The position numbers were made by a program, and so were the translations under genes. The notes under the pieces were generated by a model, which was not told where the DNA came from, made no database searches, and saw only the letters and a list, made by a program, of their open reading frames with translations. Shown here piece after piece: positions 27,704 through 37,738 of a stretch of 64,000 bases of DNA (positions within the stretch are counted from its first letter, which is position 1; every line of letters starts with the position of its first letter). The DNA is from Promethearchaeota archaeon (GTDB lineage Archaea > Asgardarchaeota > Lokiarchaeia > Sigyniarchaeales > SOKP01). The DNA lies in assembly GCA_016839705.1 (NCBI GenBank), contig JAEOTR010000016.1, positions 32,001-96,000 on the forward strand. The letters run 5' to 3'.

Positions 27704-28819
27704 ATGCTTAATCAGATAGACCCAGAAATTAAAAAAATTTTAAAAAAATCGTTAGACAATGAAGATTTGACTTCTAAGGAAGCTTTAAAATTGTTAAAAG
27801 TTCATGGTAAGGAATTTATTGCTTTACAAAATGTAGCAAATGAAATTTGTTTTAAAAAAAAAGAAGATATTGTGACATTTGTTATTAATCGAAATATAAA
27901 TTTCACAAATGTGTGTTTTCAAGGATGTAAATTTTGTTCATTTAGTCTACCTCCTACTCATGAAGATGCTTTCCTACTTACATTAGAAGAAATTAAAGCT
28001 AAAGTCATTGAAGCGAAAGAATCAAATTGTTCAGAAGTGTGTATTCAAGGGGGAATAAACCCTGAGTTAAATTTTGATTTTTATTTAAATATTCTCAGAG
28101 CTGTCAAAGAAGTTGATAAAGGTATGCATTCTCATGCCTTTTCTCCTCAAGAAATTTATTATATGTCAAAATTATACCATAATTCAGTAGAGAATACTTT
28201 AAAGGAATTAAAAAAAGCCGGATTAGATTCAATCCCAGGTACCGCAGCTGAGATTTTGGTTGATAATGTTCGGAAGGTTGTATGCCCAAATAAGGTTACT
28301 ACTCAACAATGGATTGAGATAATAACAACTGCTCATAATTTAGGAATTCCAACGACTTCAACTATCATGTATGGGCATATTGAGTCACTTAAAGATAGAA
28401 TTCAACATTTAGAGGTGTTAAGAAATATTCAAAAAGAAACAAATGGTTTTTCAGAGTTTGTACCTTTACCCTTTGTAAAGGAAAATCCTGTTCTATCTAA
28501 GTTGGAAGAATATCCATTAGTGCCCAGTTATGGGATGGCTGATTTAAAATTATTTTGTGTGTCTCGAATATATTTGAATAATTATATTGATAATATACAA
28601 TGTTCATGGCCAAAATTAGGCCCCAAATTTTCACAAGTCTCTTTAAATTATGGTGTAAATGATTTTGGTGGTACATTGTTTGAAGAAAACATTTCTAGAA
28701 GTGCTGGAGCAGAGTTTGGTCAATTTTTATCTTCAGAAGAAATTGTTACAATAATAAAAACGGCGGGTAAACACCCTGCTCTGAGAGATACTTTATATAA
28801 TATAAAAAAATACTTTTAA
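27704..28819 (+). CDS. cofH: FO synthase subunit CofH
   Basis: VTFVINRNINFTNVCFQGCKFC, PGTAAEIL, STIMYGH, EFVPLPF, NDFGGTLFEE; adjacent to cofG. Confidence 0.93.
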   Translation: MLNQIDPEIKKILKKSLDNEDLTSKEALKLLKVHGKEFIALQNVANEICFKKKEDIVTFVINRNINFTNVCFQGCKFCSFSLPPTHEDAFLLTLEEIKAKVIEAKESNCSEVCIQGGINPELNFDFYLNILRAVKEVDKGMHSHAFSPQEIYYMSKLYHNSVENTLKELKKAGLDSIPGTAAEILVDNVRKVVCPNKVTTQQWIEIITTAHNLGIPTTSTIMYGHIESLKDRIQHLEVLRNIQKETNGFSEFVPLPFVKENPVLSKLEEYPLVPSYGMADLKLFCVSRIYLNNYIDNIQCSWPKLGPKFSQVSLNYGVNDFGGTLFEENISRSAGAEFGQFLSSEEIVTIIKTAGKHPALRDTLYNIKKYF

Positions 28820-28822
28820 AAA

Positions 28823-30679
28823 CTAAAGTGCTTGTAGATATTCTAGAATATAGCGTTGGGTTATTAGATCCGAATTAACCATACCCAACACTTTTCCTTC
28901 TTGAACAACTGGCATCGCAGAAATCTGATACTGCTCAAGTTCTCTTACAATATCTAACAAAGAGAAATCTGGTGATGCTGTAATAACTTCCTTCGTCATT
29001 ATTTTTTCAAGGTTGACAACTCCCACTCCCTCAGCAGTAGCTTTAGTTATATCCCAGTCTGTTACAACACCTACTAATCTATCGCTAGAAAGAACAGCAA
29101 CTATTCCGCTATTATTTTCAATCATCAAAGTCGCAGCATCTTGAATACTCCTGTTAACATCAATTGTTGGTATTGGAATCATGATATCTTCTGCTTTACG
29201 CTCACTTTCCTTTGCAGTCAAACGTTGGATACTGATACGTTCAGCTGCTGTGCTTGGGAGCATATCAGGATTTGTTGCTAATAAATTAACCAATTCTATC
29301 ATATTATGATGAATCACGTCTTCGCGATATTCTTCTCCAGCTCTTAACCTTTGCTTTGAAAGTTCTACGAACTCATCAGAATGATTATTTAACCATTTTT
29401 CTACTTTTTTGCGATCTCCTAACATTCTTTCTGGTATTTGTAAATGATCTGGAGATTTGACGATGTGTTCTTGTGCAGCAAAAATCACACCTCCAGAATT
29501 GACTAAGTAATCATTAGCAATCATAACTCCCTTTTCTCTATATACAATTTGTTCCATTCTAGTTCGGGCTGCTTTTCTATTTGGATCAGGGCTATACGTG
29601 TTCGCTCCTTCCACGATTAACGACCACTTCCCCATACGATCAACCGTAGTCGAAGGGGATTCGGAAAGCCTTACTCCTAAATAATTGAATACAGGGGCTG
29701 CAGGAATTAAACAAAAGGCATTCTCAAGAAGTAAATTATTTCGATTCGTTGAAAATTTAGTTGGATGTTTATATCCTTCAGATATGATATTTTTCTGGAA
29801 ATATTTATTAGTTACGAGACGATTTTCTTGCCATAACCTAAAAAGATCATCTGTTGGCAAACCAGATTCATTGTATAAATAACCTTCTAAATCACTAATA
29901 CCAATAACTTTAGATTCAGAAATTCTTTCTTTCAGAATTCGTGCTACGTGAGCCCCAACAGCTCCAAATCCTTGAATCAAAATTTTCAAATCACTGATCT
30001 CGGGAATTTCTAAATTAGCGAATTGAGAGAGTACTCTCAATCTAGGCATGATTTCTAATAATGTTTGTAATGCAATTACAACACCCCCCGCAGCGGCGCC
30101 AAGTTCATCAATTCGATTTCCACCCATGTCAGCTGGTTTTGATACAGCACTATCTAAACCATTTTCTATTGCTATAGTCTTCATATCAGCATCATTTGTT
30201 CCTACATCTGGCCCGGGTACATAAATATCCTTGTATCTATTAATCAATCGGGCAAACCCACGGATTACTTCATCATGATCCTCCGGCGAGAGATCTCGGT
30301 CAGCAACTATCCCCGCCTTCCCGCCACCATATGGTAAATTAGCCGCTGCGTTTTTTAGAGTCATTCCACGAGCCAAATTATGAATATCTGAGGGTAATAT
30401 ATCAGGTAGCATTCTAATTCCCCCCATACTCGGTTTTCCCATACTTAAATTATCAACAACTAAATATCCACCAATTTCCAATAGGGATTCTTCATCCCAT
30501 ATACAAGCGACTAGATGTGGGCCTAATTTATCAACAACTATCCGAAGTCGAGACAATAGATGCTCATCTACATTACTAAACTCTAAATAACACCTCCCCT
30601 TATCCTTTTTAAGCCGAGTTTTAAGAGTAGCTTCTGGTAATCGCTCTTTTAAAAAAGTTTCCATTTCCTTTGGGATCAT
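28823..30679 (-). CDS. Glu/Leu/Phe/Val dehydrogenase family protein fused to a C-terminal CBS pair
   Basis: GGIR, MTLK, GGGK, GPDVGT, QGFGAVG, EGAN, NSGGV; CBS motifs LVGVVTDWDI and ISAMPVV. Confidence 0.9.
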   Translation of the reverse strand: MIPKEMETFLKERLPEATLKTRLKKDKGRCYLEFSNVDEHLLSRLRIVVDKLGPHLVACIWDEESLLEIGGYLVVDNLSMGKPSMGGIRMLPDILPSDIHNLARGMTLKNAAANLPYGGGKAGIVADRDLSPEDHDEVIRGFARLINRYKDIYVPGPDVGTNDADMKTIAIENGLDSAVSKPADMGGNRIDELGAAAGGVVIALQTLLEIMPRLRVLSQFANLEIPEISDLKILIQGFGAVGAHVARILKERISESKVIGISDLEGYLYNESGLPTDDLFRLWQENRLVTNKYFQKNIISEGYKHPTKFSTNRNNLLLENAFCLIPAAPVFNYLGVRLSESPSTTVDRMGKWSLIVEGANTYSPDPNRKAARTRMEQIVYREKGVMIANDYLVNSGGVIFAAQEHIVKSPDHLQIPERMLGDRKKVEKWLNNHSDEFVELSKQRLRAGEEYREDVIHHNMIELVNLLATNPDMLPSTAAERISIQRLTAKESERKAEDIMIPIPTIDVNRSIQDAATLMIENNSGIVAVLSSDRLVGVVTDWDITKATAEGVGVVNLEKIMTKEVITASPDFSLLDIVRELEQYQISAMPVVQEGKVLGMVNSDLITQRYILEYLQAL

Positions 30680-30836
30680 AAACTCTCTCCTTTGAGATAT
30701 TATATCTTAGCAATTTCTTTAAGATTTTATAATTAAATATTTTTTCACTTTTGTTACTTTTACAATATGATAAATCTAATTTTTTTTATAGGTAAAACCA
30801 TTTAAATAAGTAATTTATTTAAATCGAAAATTTGAA

Positions 30837-31169
30837 ATGGTGTTATTTATGGCAATAATAACTATCGCAATTCTTAACGTTAAAGAAGGTAAGATGGAAG
30901 AAGCTAAGGAAGCCTTAAGGAAACTCGTCCCGAAAGTTAAAGAATCAGAACCAGGAACATTAGAATATATCCCTCATACATTTAAATATAATCCTAATTC
31001 TATTATTTTTTATGAAGTGTATGAAGATGAAGACGCAGCCAAGGCCCATTCAGCTAACTTACCGAAAAATATGGTAGAATTCGGGCCTTTGTTGGATAGA
31101 GGTATGGTGCTTCTTAATATAGTTAATGATAAATTAGTTTCCGTAAGAAACATAGAAAAAATAATATAA
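30837..31169 (+). CDS. ABM/putative quinol monooxygenase family protein
   Basis: EPGTLEY, FYEVYEDEDAAKAH. Confidence 0.85.
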   Translation: MVLFMAIITIAILNVKEGKMEEAKEALRKLVPKVKESEPGTLEYIPHTFKYNPNSIIFYEVYEDEDAAKAHSANLPKNMVEFGPLLDRGMVLLNIVNDKLVSVRNIEKII

Positions 31170-31183
31170 ACATTTTTTTTTAT

Positions 31184-32740
31184 TTATTCATCTTGAATAT
31201 AAGGTTTTCCAAGAAGTAAAGATATTTCAGCTTTTTTAAGTTCTCTTCCCAAATAATTTAAATGATACATATCCCTTGTTAAATTTTGCTTAATTACTTC
31301 TTTACTAAGAGCTTCAGCATTTTCCCCCATAAAGGTATAGAGCAATTTTTCTTTATTTGAATAAAATAGAACAAAAATTTTTCTCGTAAATTTATTTACA
31401 TAGATTCTAAAATAACCTTTATCATCGGGAACATAATCTTGCGTTAATTTATCTACAAGAATCGCATTATCGTCTTTAATTTGAGGTATTTTTTGATCTG
31501 TTTTACCTTTAGCTTTAAATAAAGATAATCCTTGATTTATTGGAGGTGTTTTTTTGTATTTTGCTAAATAGTTAAGCTTTATGCTATCTTTCAATTCTCT
31601 TACCCCACCAAATAGTTTAGGGCTATGTTCAACAGTAAATAATACACCCATATCTAATTCAACGGCAATACTTGCAAGTAGACCGTTGATTCCCACAGAA
31701 TCTACGTCCATTAATTCAACCACGTTTGAAATTCCAAAAAAGAGAGGTAACTGTTCGTTCAGGGGAAGTTTATTGTATAGAAAATAGCCCTCGAATGAAT
31801 TACAAATACCGGGAGATATTGGGGTTTCTAGTAAAGGGTCAGCAATCAATTTAGTAAATCCATGATTTTTCAATTTTTTTGTTAAAATCTGTAATTTTTC
31901 AACTCGAGTTCCAGGATCCCTAGGAAAATTTCCCTCCTTAATATTTGTTGGGAGAATGACAATTGGGATATTTTTAGGGATATCGACAAAATCTTTATAA
32001 TTTCCAATATCCAGGCTAAGGATCATATCAATATTCACATCTACAGCTGCTAATATTTCAGAAGGATCCATAGAATCTATGCTAAGTAAAATCTTAAAAT
32101 TACTCCTTAAAATTTGGATAATTTCTTTAACTTTTAGGGGATTTGGCTTATTTGACACGCACCCAATATCAATTATATCGGCTCCTGAATCAATATAATG
32201 TTTAGCCTTCTTGATAATACTTTTATCACTTTTATCCGTACAGTTTACTATTTCGGCTATAATCGGTGGTGGGAGGTCTCTTCCTATTATTAATTCGGAT
32301 TTTTCCTCATTAATATAAAAGGTTTGTAGTCCTAGATCTTTCTTTGCTGTATCATATCGCTCTTTTACTATTTGGTTATAGAGATCTTCACCGGAGAATT
32401 CGATTATTTTATTAGCGGGGATAACATTAGATAAATCTACATTTTCAATTTTTTTTAATAAGGCGGGGAGTTCTGAGGCGAATTCAGGTCCTTTCCGTAT
32501 CCTAACAGAGAATTTTTCTTCCAAGGAGGTTGAGTCCCATTGTACAAAACCGGGTAGTAAAACAAGATCATAATTTAAAATTGATTTAGTATTAAGAATT
32601 TCTTCCGTTAAGGATTCATCTAAAAATGCCGATACCGAAATTGGAGCTTCTTCAATTTCTATTGTGTGAATTTTAACTGAATTTATGATTTTTTTTATAA
32701 TTGGATAACTTTGTGTACCTGTAATGATAAGTATTTTAAT
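31184..32740 (-). CDS. Dihydropteroate synthase-like protein (methanopterin-pathway type)
   Basis: IIAEI, GADIIDIG, SIDS, IADP, NVVELMDVDS.G.N, C-terminal D.KGYF and YLGREL.KAE. Frame extends 72 codons beyond the track start to IKILIITG (ATT at 32740). Confidence 0.85.
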   Translation of the reverse strand: MKILIITGTQSYPIIKKIINSVKIHTIEIEEAPISVSAFLDESLTEEILNTKSILNYDLVLLPGFVQWDSTSLEEKFSVRIRKGPEFASELPALLKKIENVDLSNVIPANKIIEFSGEDLYNQIVKERYDTAKKDLGLQTFYINEEKSELIIGRDLPPPIIAEIVNCTDKSDKSIIKKAKHYIDSGADIIDIGCVSNKPNPLKVKEIIQILRSNFKILLSIDSMDPSEILAAVDVNIDMILSLDIGNYKDFVDIPKNIPIVILPTNIKEGNFPRDPGTRVEKLQILTKKLKNHGFTKLIADPLLETPISPGICNSFEGYFLYNKLPLNEQLPLFFGISNVVELMDVDSVGINGLLASIAVELDMGVLFTVEHSPKLFGGVRELKDSIKLNYLAKYKKTPPINQGLSLFKAKGKTDQKIPQIKDDNAILVDKLTQDYVPDDKGYFRIYVNKFTRKIFVLFYSNKEKLLYTFMGENAEALSKEVIKQNLTRDMYHLNYLGRELKKAEISLLLGKPYIQDE

Positions 32741-33887
32741 CTAAATCACTCATCAATTTATCTTTATCAAATGGAATAAAAATATTATCTAAAATTGAAC
32801 CTGACGCTTGTTTTATTTTTAGATTATTAATTATATGCTTAAATCTTCCCCCTAAAAGCCCGTTTGCTATAAAAGTTGCACCTTGAGCAGCACGCTTAGC
32901 TATTTGACTATACGTTTTCATTATTCTCACAGGCGCTACATCACTCAATCCTTTTACAATCCTATCATTTAAATATCTAAGATCTGCACCTCTTCCTGCT
33001 AACAATATCTCCTTAATTTTTTCTTTTTTTGAAAAAGAAGAAGAAATTCCAAAAACTGCCTTTTTAACACTTGATATGTAAGCCTTTAGAGCAATTTTTA
33101 CTTGTTCGTCATTCTCTGCTAATAAAGTGATTTCCTTGAGACTTAAATCAGAAAAACCTGCAATCGAAGCAACTCCTCCTTTATAGATGTTTTCTTTATG
33201 TATTTTTTTAATTAAATATGCTAATTCACCGTCAAGGCTTCCACAAGCCCTAAAACCCATAATGTTGGAGCCTCCAATTCCATCAATTATTTGCCCATTT
33301 TCAATTGCTAAAACAGCGGTAAAACCATATCCAATTTCAACCATTATGAAATTTGTATCCTCTGGTTTACATTGATATGTTTCTATCTGATCTCTGATCC
33401 CCACAACAGCAGTGCACAATTTATCCGCAGTTCCCATATCAATCTTGTTAATTTTACGATAATTAGGAACAGTGGGAAGGTGTTTAACACCGGGGACAAT
33501 TACAGCTTTAGTCTTTTCTGCTTTAATAAGCCTTAGAATTTCACCGAGTCCTAGAAGTTTTTTTTGATCTTCTCTTTCAAATTTTAGTAAGGTAAAAAAA
33601 ATGTCTTTCTCAGTTATATCCTTGACATCTTTTAATGGAAGGCCAAAACCACTTGGGGCAACCATTAAATCAAGATTTTCAAGAGATCTAATCAGGTTTA
33701 TAACTTTTTGAGGTTCTTGAACTATTTCCTTAGTAGGAACTGAAGTATCCAAAATTATTTCATTTCCTTTTAAAGCAAAGAAGTCCCACGACTTCGAACC
33801 AGGATCCACACCTAAGGCAGATAATTCTCGCAGAGTCACTTTATTCATGTTTTTAAATAAATCTATGATTTTAGAAAATTTAATCAA
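32736..33887 (-). CDS. DUF1464-like ASKHA/kinase-fold protein
   Basis: GVDPGSKSWD, PSGFG, KIDMGTADK, EIGYGF, DGIGG, DGE. Confidence 0.8.
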   Translation of the reverse strand: MIKFSKIIDLFKNMNKVTLRELSALGVDPGSKSWDFFALKGNEIILDTSVPTKEIVQEPQKVINLIRSLENLDLMVAPSGFGLPLKDVKDITEKDIFFTLLKFEREDQKKLLGLGEILRLIKAEKTKAVIVPGVKHLPTVPNYRKINKIDMGTADKLCTAVVGIRDQIETYQCKPEDTNFIMVEIGYGFTAVLAIENGQIIDGIGGSNIMGFRACGSLDGELAYLIKKIHKENIYKGGVASIAGFSDLSLKEITLLAENDEQVKIALKAYISSVKKAVFGISSSFSKKEKIKEILLAGRGADLRYLNDRIVKGLSDVAPVRIMKTYSQIAKRAAQGATFIANGLLGGRFKHIINNLKIKQASGSILDNIFIPFDKDKLMSDLD

Positions 33888-33942
33888 TAATAAGGATATT
33901 CATTCTACTTTTAGATTTTAAGTTAAAATTATTTATATTTGG

Positions 33943-33958
33943 ATGACTTTCTAGTCAT
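33943..33958. promoter_or_regulatory. Palindrome upstream of rubrerythrin
   Basis: ATGACT-ttct-AGTCAT just downstream of TTTATA. Confidence 0.35.
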
Positions 33959-34019
33959 AATTCAATTATACAAATAAAATGAATGAAGTAAATTCAATTT
34001 AAAATTGGGAGTAAAAATT

Positions 34020-34553
34020 ATGGCAGTTACAGTTTGGGTATGTAAAATATGTGGAGAAGCCTATATTACTACTACGGATAAACCTGCAAGATGCCCTTTT
34101 TGTGGAGCTTATGAGAAATATCTCATAGATTCAAAAGATTATGATGACACTGGAGATTGGGATGTTGAATTAAATGAAACTGATAAAGCTAACGCTGAAA
34201 AGGCTATAGGGGTAGAAATTTCTAATGCACTTTTTTATAAATGTTCTGCAAAAAAAGTTAAGGAAATCGATGGTATAAAGCTATTTAAGATACTAGCTAA
34301 GGTTGAGAGTGAACATGCAGCTGTATGGAAGAAAATCTTAAAATTAGATAAGATTAAATGGGAACCCGCAGAGAATTGTGAAATAGACTACAAAGCAGAC
34401 TTAAAAGATTCTCATGCTAGAGAGGAGAGAGCCATAAAGTTTTATGGTGAAGCTGCTGCCGCTGCAGAGAATCCTCGAGTAAAAGAAATTTTCCAGGCTT
34501 TTGTTGAGGTTGAAACAGATCATTTAAAATTATCTGAAGAAAGGCTTAAATAA
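34020..34553 (+). CDS. Rubredoxin-ferritin-like (reverse rubrerythrin) protein
   Basis: WVCKICG...CPFCG, then ExxH motifs (ESEH, ETDH). Confidence 0.88.
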   Translation: MAVTVWVCKICGEAYITTTDKPARCPFCGAYEKYLIDSKDYDDTGDWDVELNETDKANAEKAIGVEISNALFYKCSAKKVKEIDGIKLFKILAKVESEHAAVWKKILKLDKIKWEPAENCEIDYKADLKDSHAREERAIKFYGEAAAAAENPRVKEIFQAFVEVETDHLKLSEERLK

Positions 34554-34599
34554 TTAGTATTAGTTTATATTTTTTTTTCTATTTTATTTATTTAGGAAC

Positions 34600-35589
34600 A
34601 TGGTTGAAACAGAAGAAGGATTTATCTTTAATATTCAACGGTTTTCGACCGAAGATGGACCTGGCATTCGGACTACTGTGTTCTTTAAACAATGTCCATT
34701 AAAATGTATTTGGTGTCATAATCCTGAGTCAATTTTAAAGGATAGACAACTTGAATGGTTAAAACATAAATGTATTGGATGTAATAGCTGTATTGAAATA
34801 TGCAAACATAAGGCACTTTTCTTCAACGAAAGTGGATTAATAATTGATAGAGATATATGTACAAGTTGTGGGGAGTGTTCGGATGAGTGTCCTAGTACTG
34901 CTCTACATATGTGGGGTGAATATTGGAATTCAAATGATTTATTTAAAGAAATTCAAAAAGATAAGGTGTATTATACTCAATCGAAGGGAGGGGTTACTGT
35001 TTCTGGAGGTGAGCCTACAATTCAATCAGATTTTATCCTAAAATTTCTGAAAATGTGTAAGGAGGACGGCATTAACACTGCTCTTGATACGTGTGGATAT
35101 GCCCCAGAACATATTTACCGAAAACTATTACCCTATGTTGATCTTGTGTTATTTGATATCAAGGAAATTGATATGGAGAAGCATAAACAATTCACGAGTA
35201 TACCAAATGATTTAATCTTACGGAACGCTATTTGGCTTGCTGATTACATACGAAATAATAACAAACAGTTATGGGTAAGAACTCCTATAATTCCAAATTA
35301 TACCGCAACTGAAGAAAATATTAGAGCTATTGGAGAATTTATAGTGCATAAGTTGGGTAACACCCCCGAACGTTGGGATCTACTGGCTTTTAATAACTTA
35401 TGTTCTGCAAAATATGAACGTTTAAATCTTGAATGGCCCCTTAAAGATGAGCATTTAATGTTGAAAGCCCAAATGGAACACTTTTTAGAAATCGCAACAG
35501 GTACAGGAGTTAGAAATCCAAAATGGTCAGGTTTAGTTAAAAAACTAGAAGATAAAGAAGAAAATAAAAAAAGTATGGGAGTATTATAG
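34600..35589 (+). CDS. Glycyl-radical enzyme activating protein with ferredoxin insert
   Basis: IQRFSTEDGPGIRT, CPLKCIWCHNPE, 2x CxxCxxCxxxC, SGGEP, DTCG. Confidence 0.92.
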   Translation: MVETEEGFIFNIQRFSTEDGPGIRTTVFFKQCPLKCIWCHNPESILKDRQLEWLKHKCIGCNSCIEICKHKALFFNESGLIIDRDICTSCGECSDECPSTALHMWGEYWNSNDLFKEIQKDKVYYTQSKGGVTVSGGEPTIQSDFILKFLKMCKEDGINTALDTCGYAPEHIYRKLLPYVDLVLFDIKEIDMEKHKQFTSIPNDLILRNAIWLADYIRNNNKQLWVRTPIIPNYTATEENIRAIGEFIVHKLGNTPERWDLLAFNNLCSAKYERLNLEWPLKDEHLMLKAQMEHFLEIATGTGVRNPKWSGLVKKLEDKEENKKSMGVL

Positions 35590-35594
35590 TTCCT

Positions 35595-36296
35595 ATGAGT
35601 TTTGATCCATTAGATTTTGGATTAAAGAAAGATTATTTGTATGAAATAATCGCCACTTCATATTCGATCACTAACGATGGTACCACAATCAAGCCAAATG
35701 CTTCCTGCATGGGCATTAGATTGGTAGAAAACAATATAATACAGATAAAACCATTTTACACGACATCCACTTATCAAAATTTAAAAAATAATAGTATTAT
35801 TACTCTAAATTTTATTGATGATGTGTATTTATATGCTATTGCTGCATTAAAAGATCCTAATTCTCCAATAGGGTTAGTTGAATTTCCCATTAAATATTAT
35901 GAATTTAAACATCTAGAATCTCTTAGCATGGATATACCATATATTAAAAGTGCTTGGGGCATTTTAACCTGTAAAGTTTATAAAGAATTTCAGGAAATTA
36001 AAAAAAACGATTTAGGAGAAACAATTGTACCAATTTTTCGTTTAGAAGTCATTTCAAGTGATTTATTTGAAGTATCCCATAAACTGTTTAATCGAGCAGA
36101 AAATTTAGCTTTAGAGGTAATAATATTAGCGACACGTTTAAAAATCGCTATAAAAAACAAGGATGAGCCCTTAATCTCAAAAATTTTTAATAAAATTAAG
36201 GAAAACTTCAATGATGTTAAAAGATTCGGTAAAAATGAAAAAGCTATAAAGACAATCGAATTAGTGGATAATTATATTAGTAAGTTAATGCAGTAA
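35595..36296 (+). CDS. DUF447-family protein
   Basis: YEIIAT...PNASCMGI, TYQNL, NRAEN..LE..I.ATR. Confidence 0.8.
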   Translation: MSFDPLDFGLKKDYLYEIIATSYSITNDGTTIKPNASCMGIRLVENNIIQIKPFYTTSTYQNLKNNSIITLNFIDDVYLYAIAALKDPNSPIGLVEFPIKYYEFKHLESLSMDIPYIKSAWGILTCKVYKEFQEIKKNDLGETIVPIFRLEVISSDLFEVSHKLFNRAENLALEVIILATRLKIAIKNKDEPLISKIFNKIKENFNDVKRFGKNEKAIKTIELVDNYISKLMQ

Positions 36297-36316
36297 TCTT
36301 ATATATAAAAAAACAA

Positions 36317-36712
36317 TTATTCAAATTTACTTATTTTTTCAATAAACATGAGAGGATATTGTAATTCTTCAATCCAATCCACCTTTGCTAGAACTTCAAT
36401 ATCTTCATACCTAAGAATTAGTTCGGCACGAATAATTTTTCCTGTAATCTCATCATAATTAAAAGGTGTATTTTTATTTGCGACGATTTTCTCTTTGTCT
36501 AGAATAATCATTACTGACTCCACAAAGGGTTGACAAGAGATTGCGGCTTCAATTCCTTTTTCAATTGAATTAATTATTTTGTCATCAGAACTTACAGGAA
36601 TCCCACTCATTATATGATAAAGCGCACCGAGTTTTATACCTGTTTCAAAACAGGCTCTTTCTCTATTAGTTAAATCTGGTGAAAAATATATTTTTTCAAT
36701 ATTATCGGGCAT
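36317..36712 (-). CDS. mptD: Archaeal dihydroneopterin aldolase
   Basis: RERACFETGIKLGALYH, AISCQPFV, YPLM. Confidence 0.88.
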   Translation of the reverse strand: MPDNIEKIYFSPDLTNRERACFETGIKLGALYHIMSGIPVSSDDKIINSIEKGIEAAISCQPFVESVMIILDKEKIVANKNTPFNYDEITGKIIRAELILRYEDIEVLAKVDWIEELQYPLMFIEKISKFE

Positions 36713-36718
36713 CGAAAA

Positions 36719-37738
36719 TCAATCAATATATTCTATTCTTGCTCCAGAATTATTTGGTTTACAAATATAAATATGACCCCCACCATTTTTCTGATTCTTT
36801 TGAACTGTTTTCAAGAGTTCTTCTGCTTCTGAATCTGATTCTACAATTCCCACTACACTAGGGCCAAAGGAAGACATCCCATAAGCTTTTAAACCATACT
36901 CTTCGAAGAATTTTAGCAAATCCTTTACTATTTGATGTTGTAGGTTAATTTCTATTTTTTTAAATCCAATAGATTGTATCCGTTTTAAACCATCCCCAAA
37001 ACACTTTAAATCATTCTTAATAATTCCGGGAATGATCTTCATTATTATTTGATGAGAAACCTCGTTTACTTCTCTTTGAGGAATTGGGGCATAATTTTGA
37101 AAAACTCTGATTTCTTCATCTCCGTAAGCTCCTTTCTTAACATTTGGGATCACTAAAACAAATCGCCAATTATCAGGTATATTATGTCTAGAAAGTGTTA
37201 TCGCGGGATTGGACGAAGATGAGGCAGATGATGGTAAAAAACTTTCCTTCTCTTTTCCTTTCCCATAATCATGTCCACCGTCTAAAATGAAACCTCCCGT
37301 TTCAAAACCCCTCCAGCCTATTCCAGAAGTTCCCCCTCGCTCAACGAGTTGAGTCAATTCTTTAATCGAAAGCTTGTTATACTTCTTTAACTTAGTTATT
37401 GCAGTAATGATTGCTAAAGACAATTGAGTTTTTGAACCCAACCCTACATGTGAAGGAAAGTATCTTTTAAGATTGAAGTGGAAATTTTTGTTACTGATAT
37501 TAAAGGTTTTAAAAACTTTTGAAGCAATCTCATTTATTACTTCTATTGATTCTCTATAGTATTTATGAGCTTCAATTGAAAATTCTTCAGCACTGTTTGA
37601 GGCTTCAAACACGACGTTAGGGCGATCTAACATAAGACCTATACCGCCATCAACTCGACCGGTGTACCCATTCTCGTCTATTAAGGAAAGGTGTATACGA
37701 CATGGGGTTGTTATTCTTAAGGAAGTCATATTGTTCAA
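36719..37738 (-). CDS. mptG: Beta-ribofuranosylaminobenzene 5'-phosphate synthase (GHMP fold)
   Basis: TPCRIHLSLID, RVDGGIG, HVGLGSKTQ, RGGTSGIG, GGFILDGG, MSSFGP. Confidence 0.9.
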   Translation of the reverse strand: MNNMTSLRITTPCRIHLSLIDENGYTGRVDGGIGLMLDRPNVVFEASNSAEEFSIEAHKYYRESIEVINEIASKVFKTFNISNKNFHFNLKRYFPSHVGLGSKTQLSLAIITAITKLKKYNKLSIKELTQLVERGGTSGIGWRGFETGGFILDGGHDYGKGKEKESFLPSSASSSSNPAITLSRHNIPDNWRFVLVIPNVKKGAYGDEEIRVFQNYAPIPQREVNEVSHQIIMKIIPGIIKNDLKCFGDGLKRIQSIGFKKIEINLQHQIVKDLLKFFEEYGLKAYGMSSFGPSVVGIVESDSEAEELLKTVQKNQKNGGGHIYICKPNNSGARIEYID

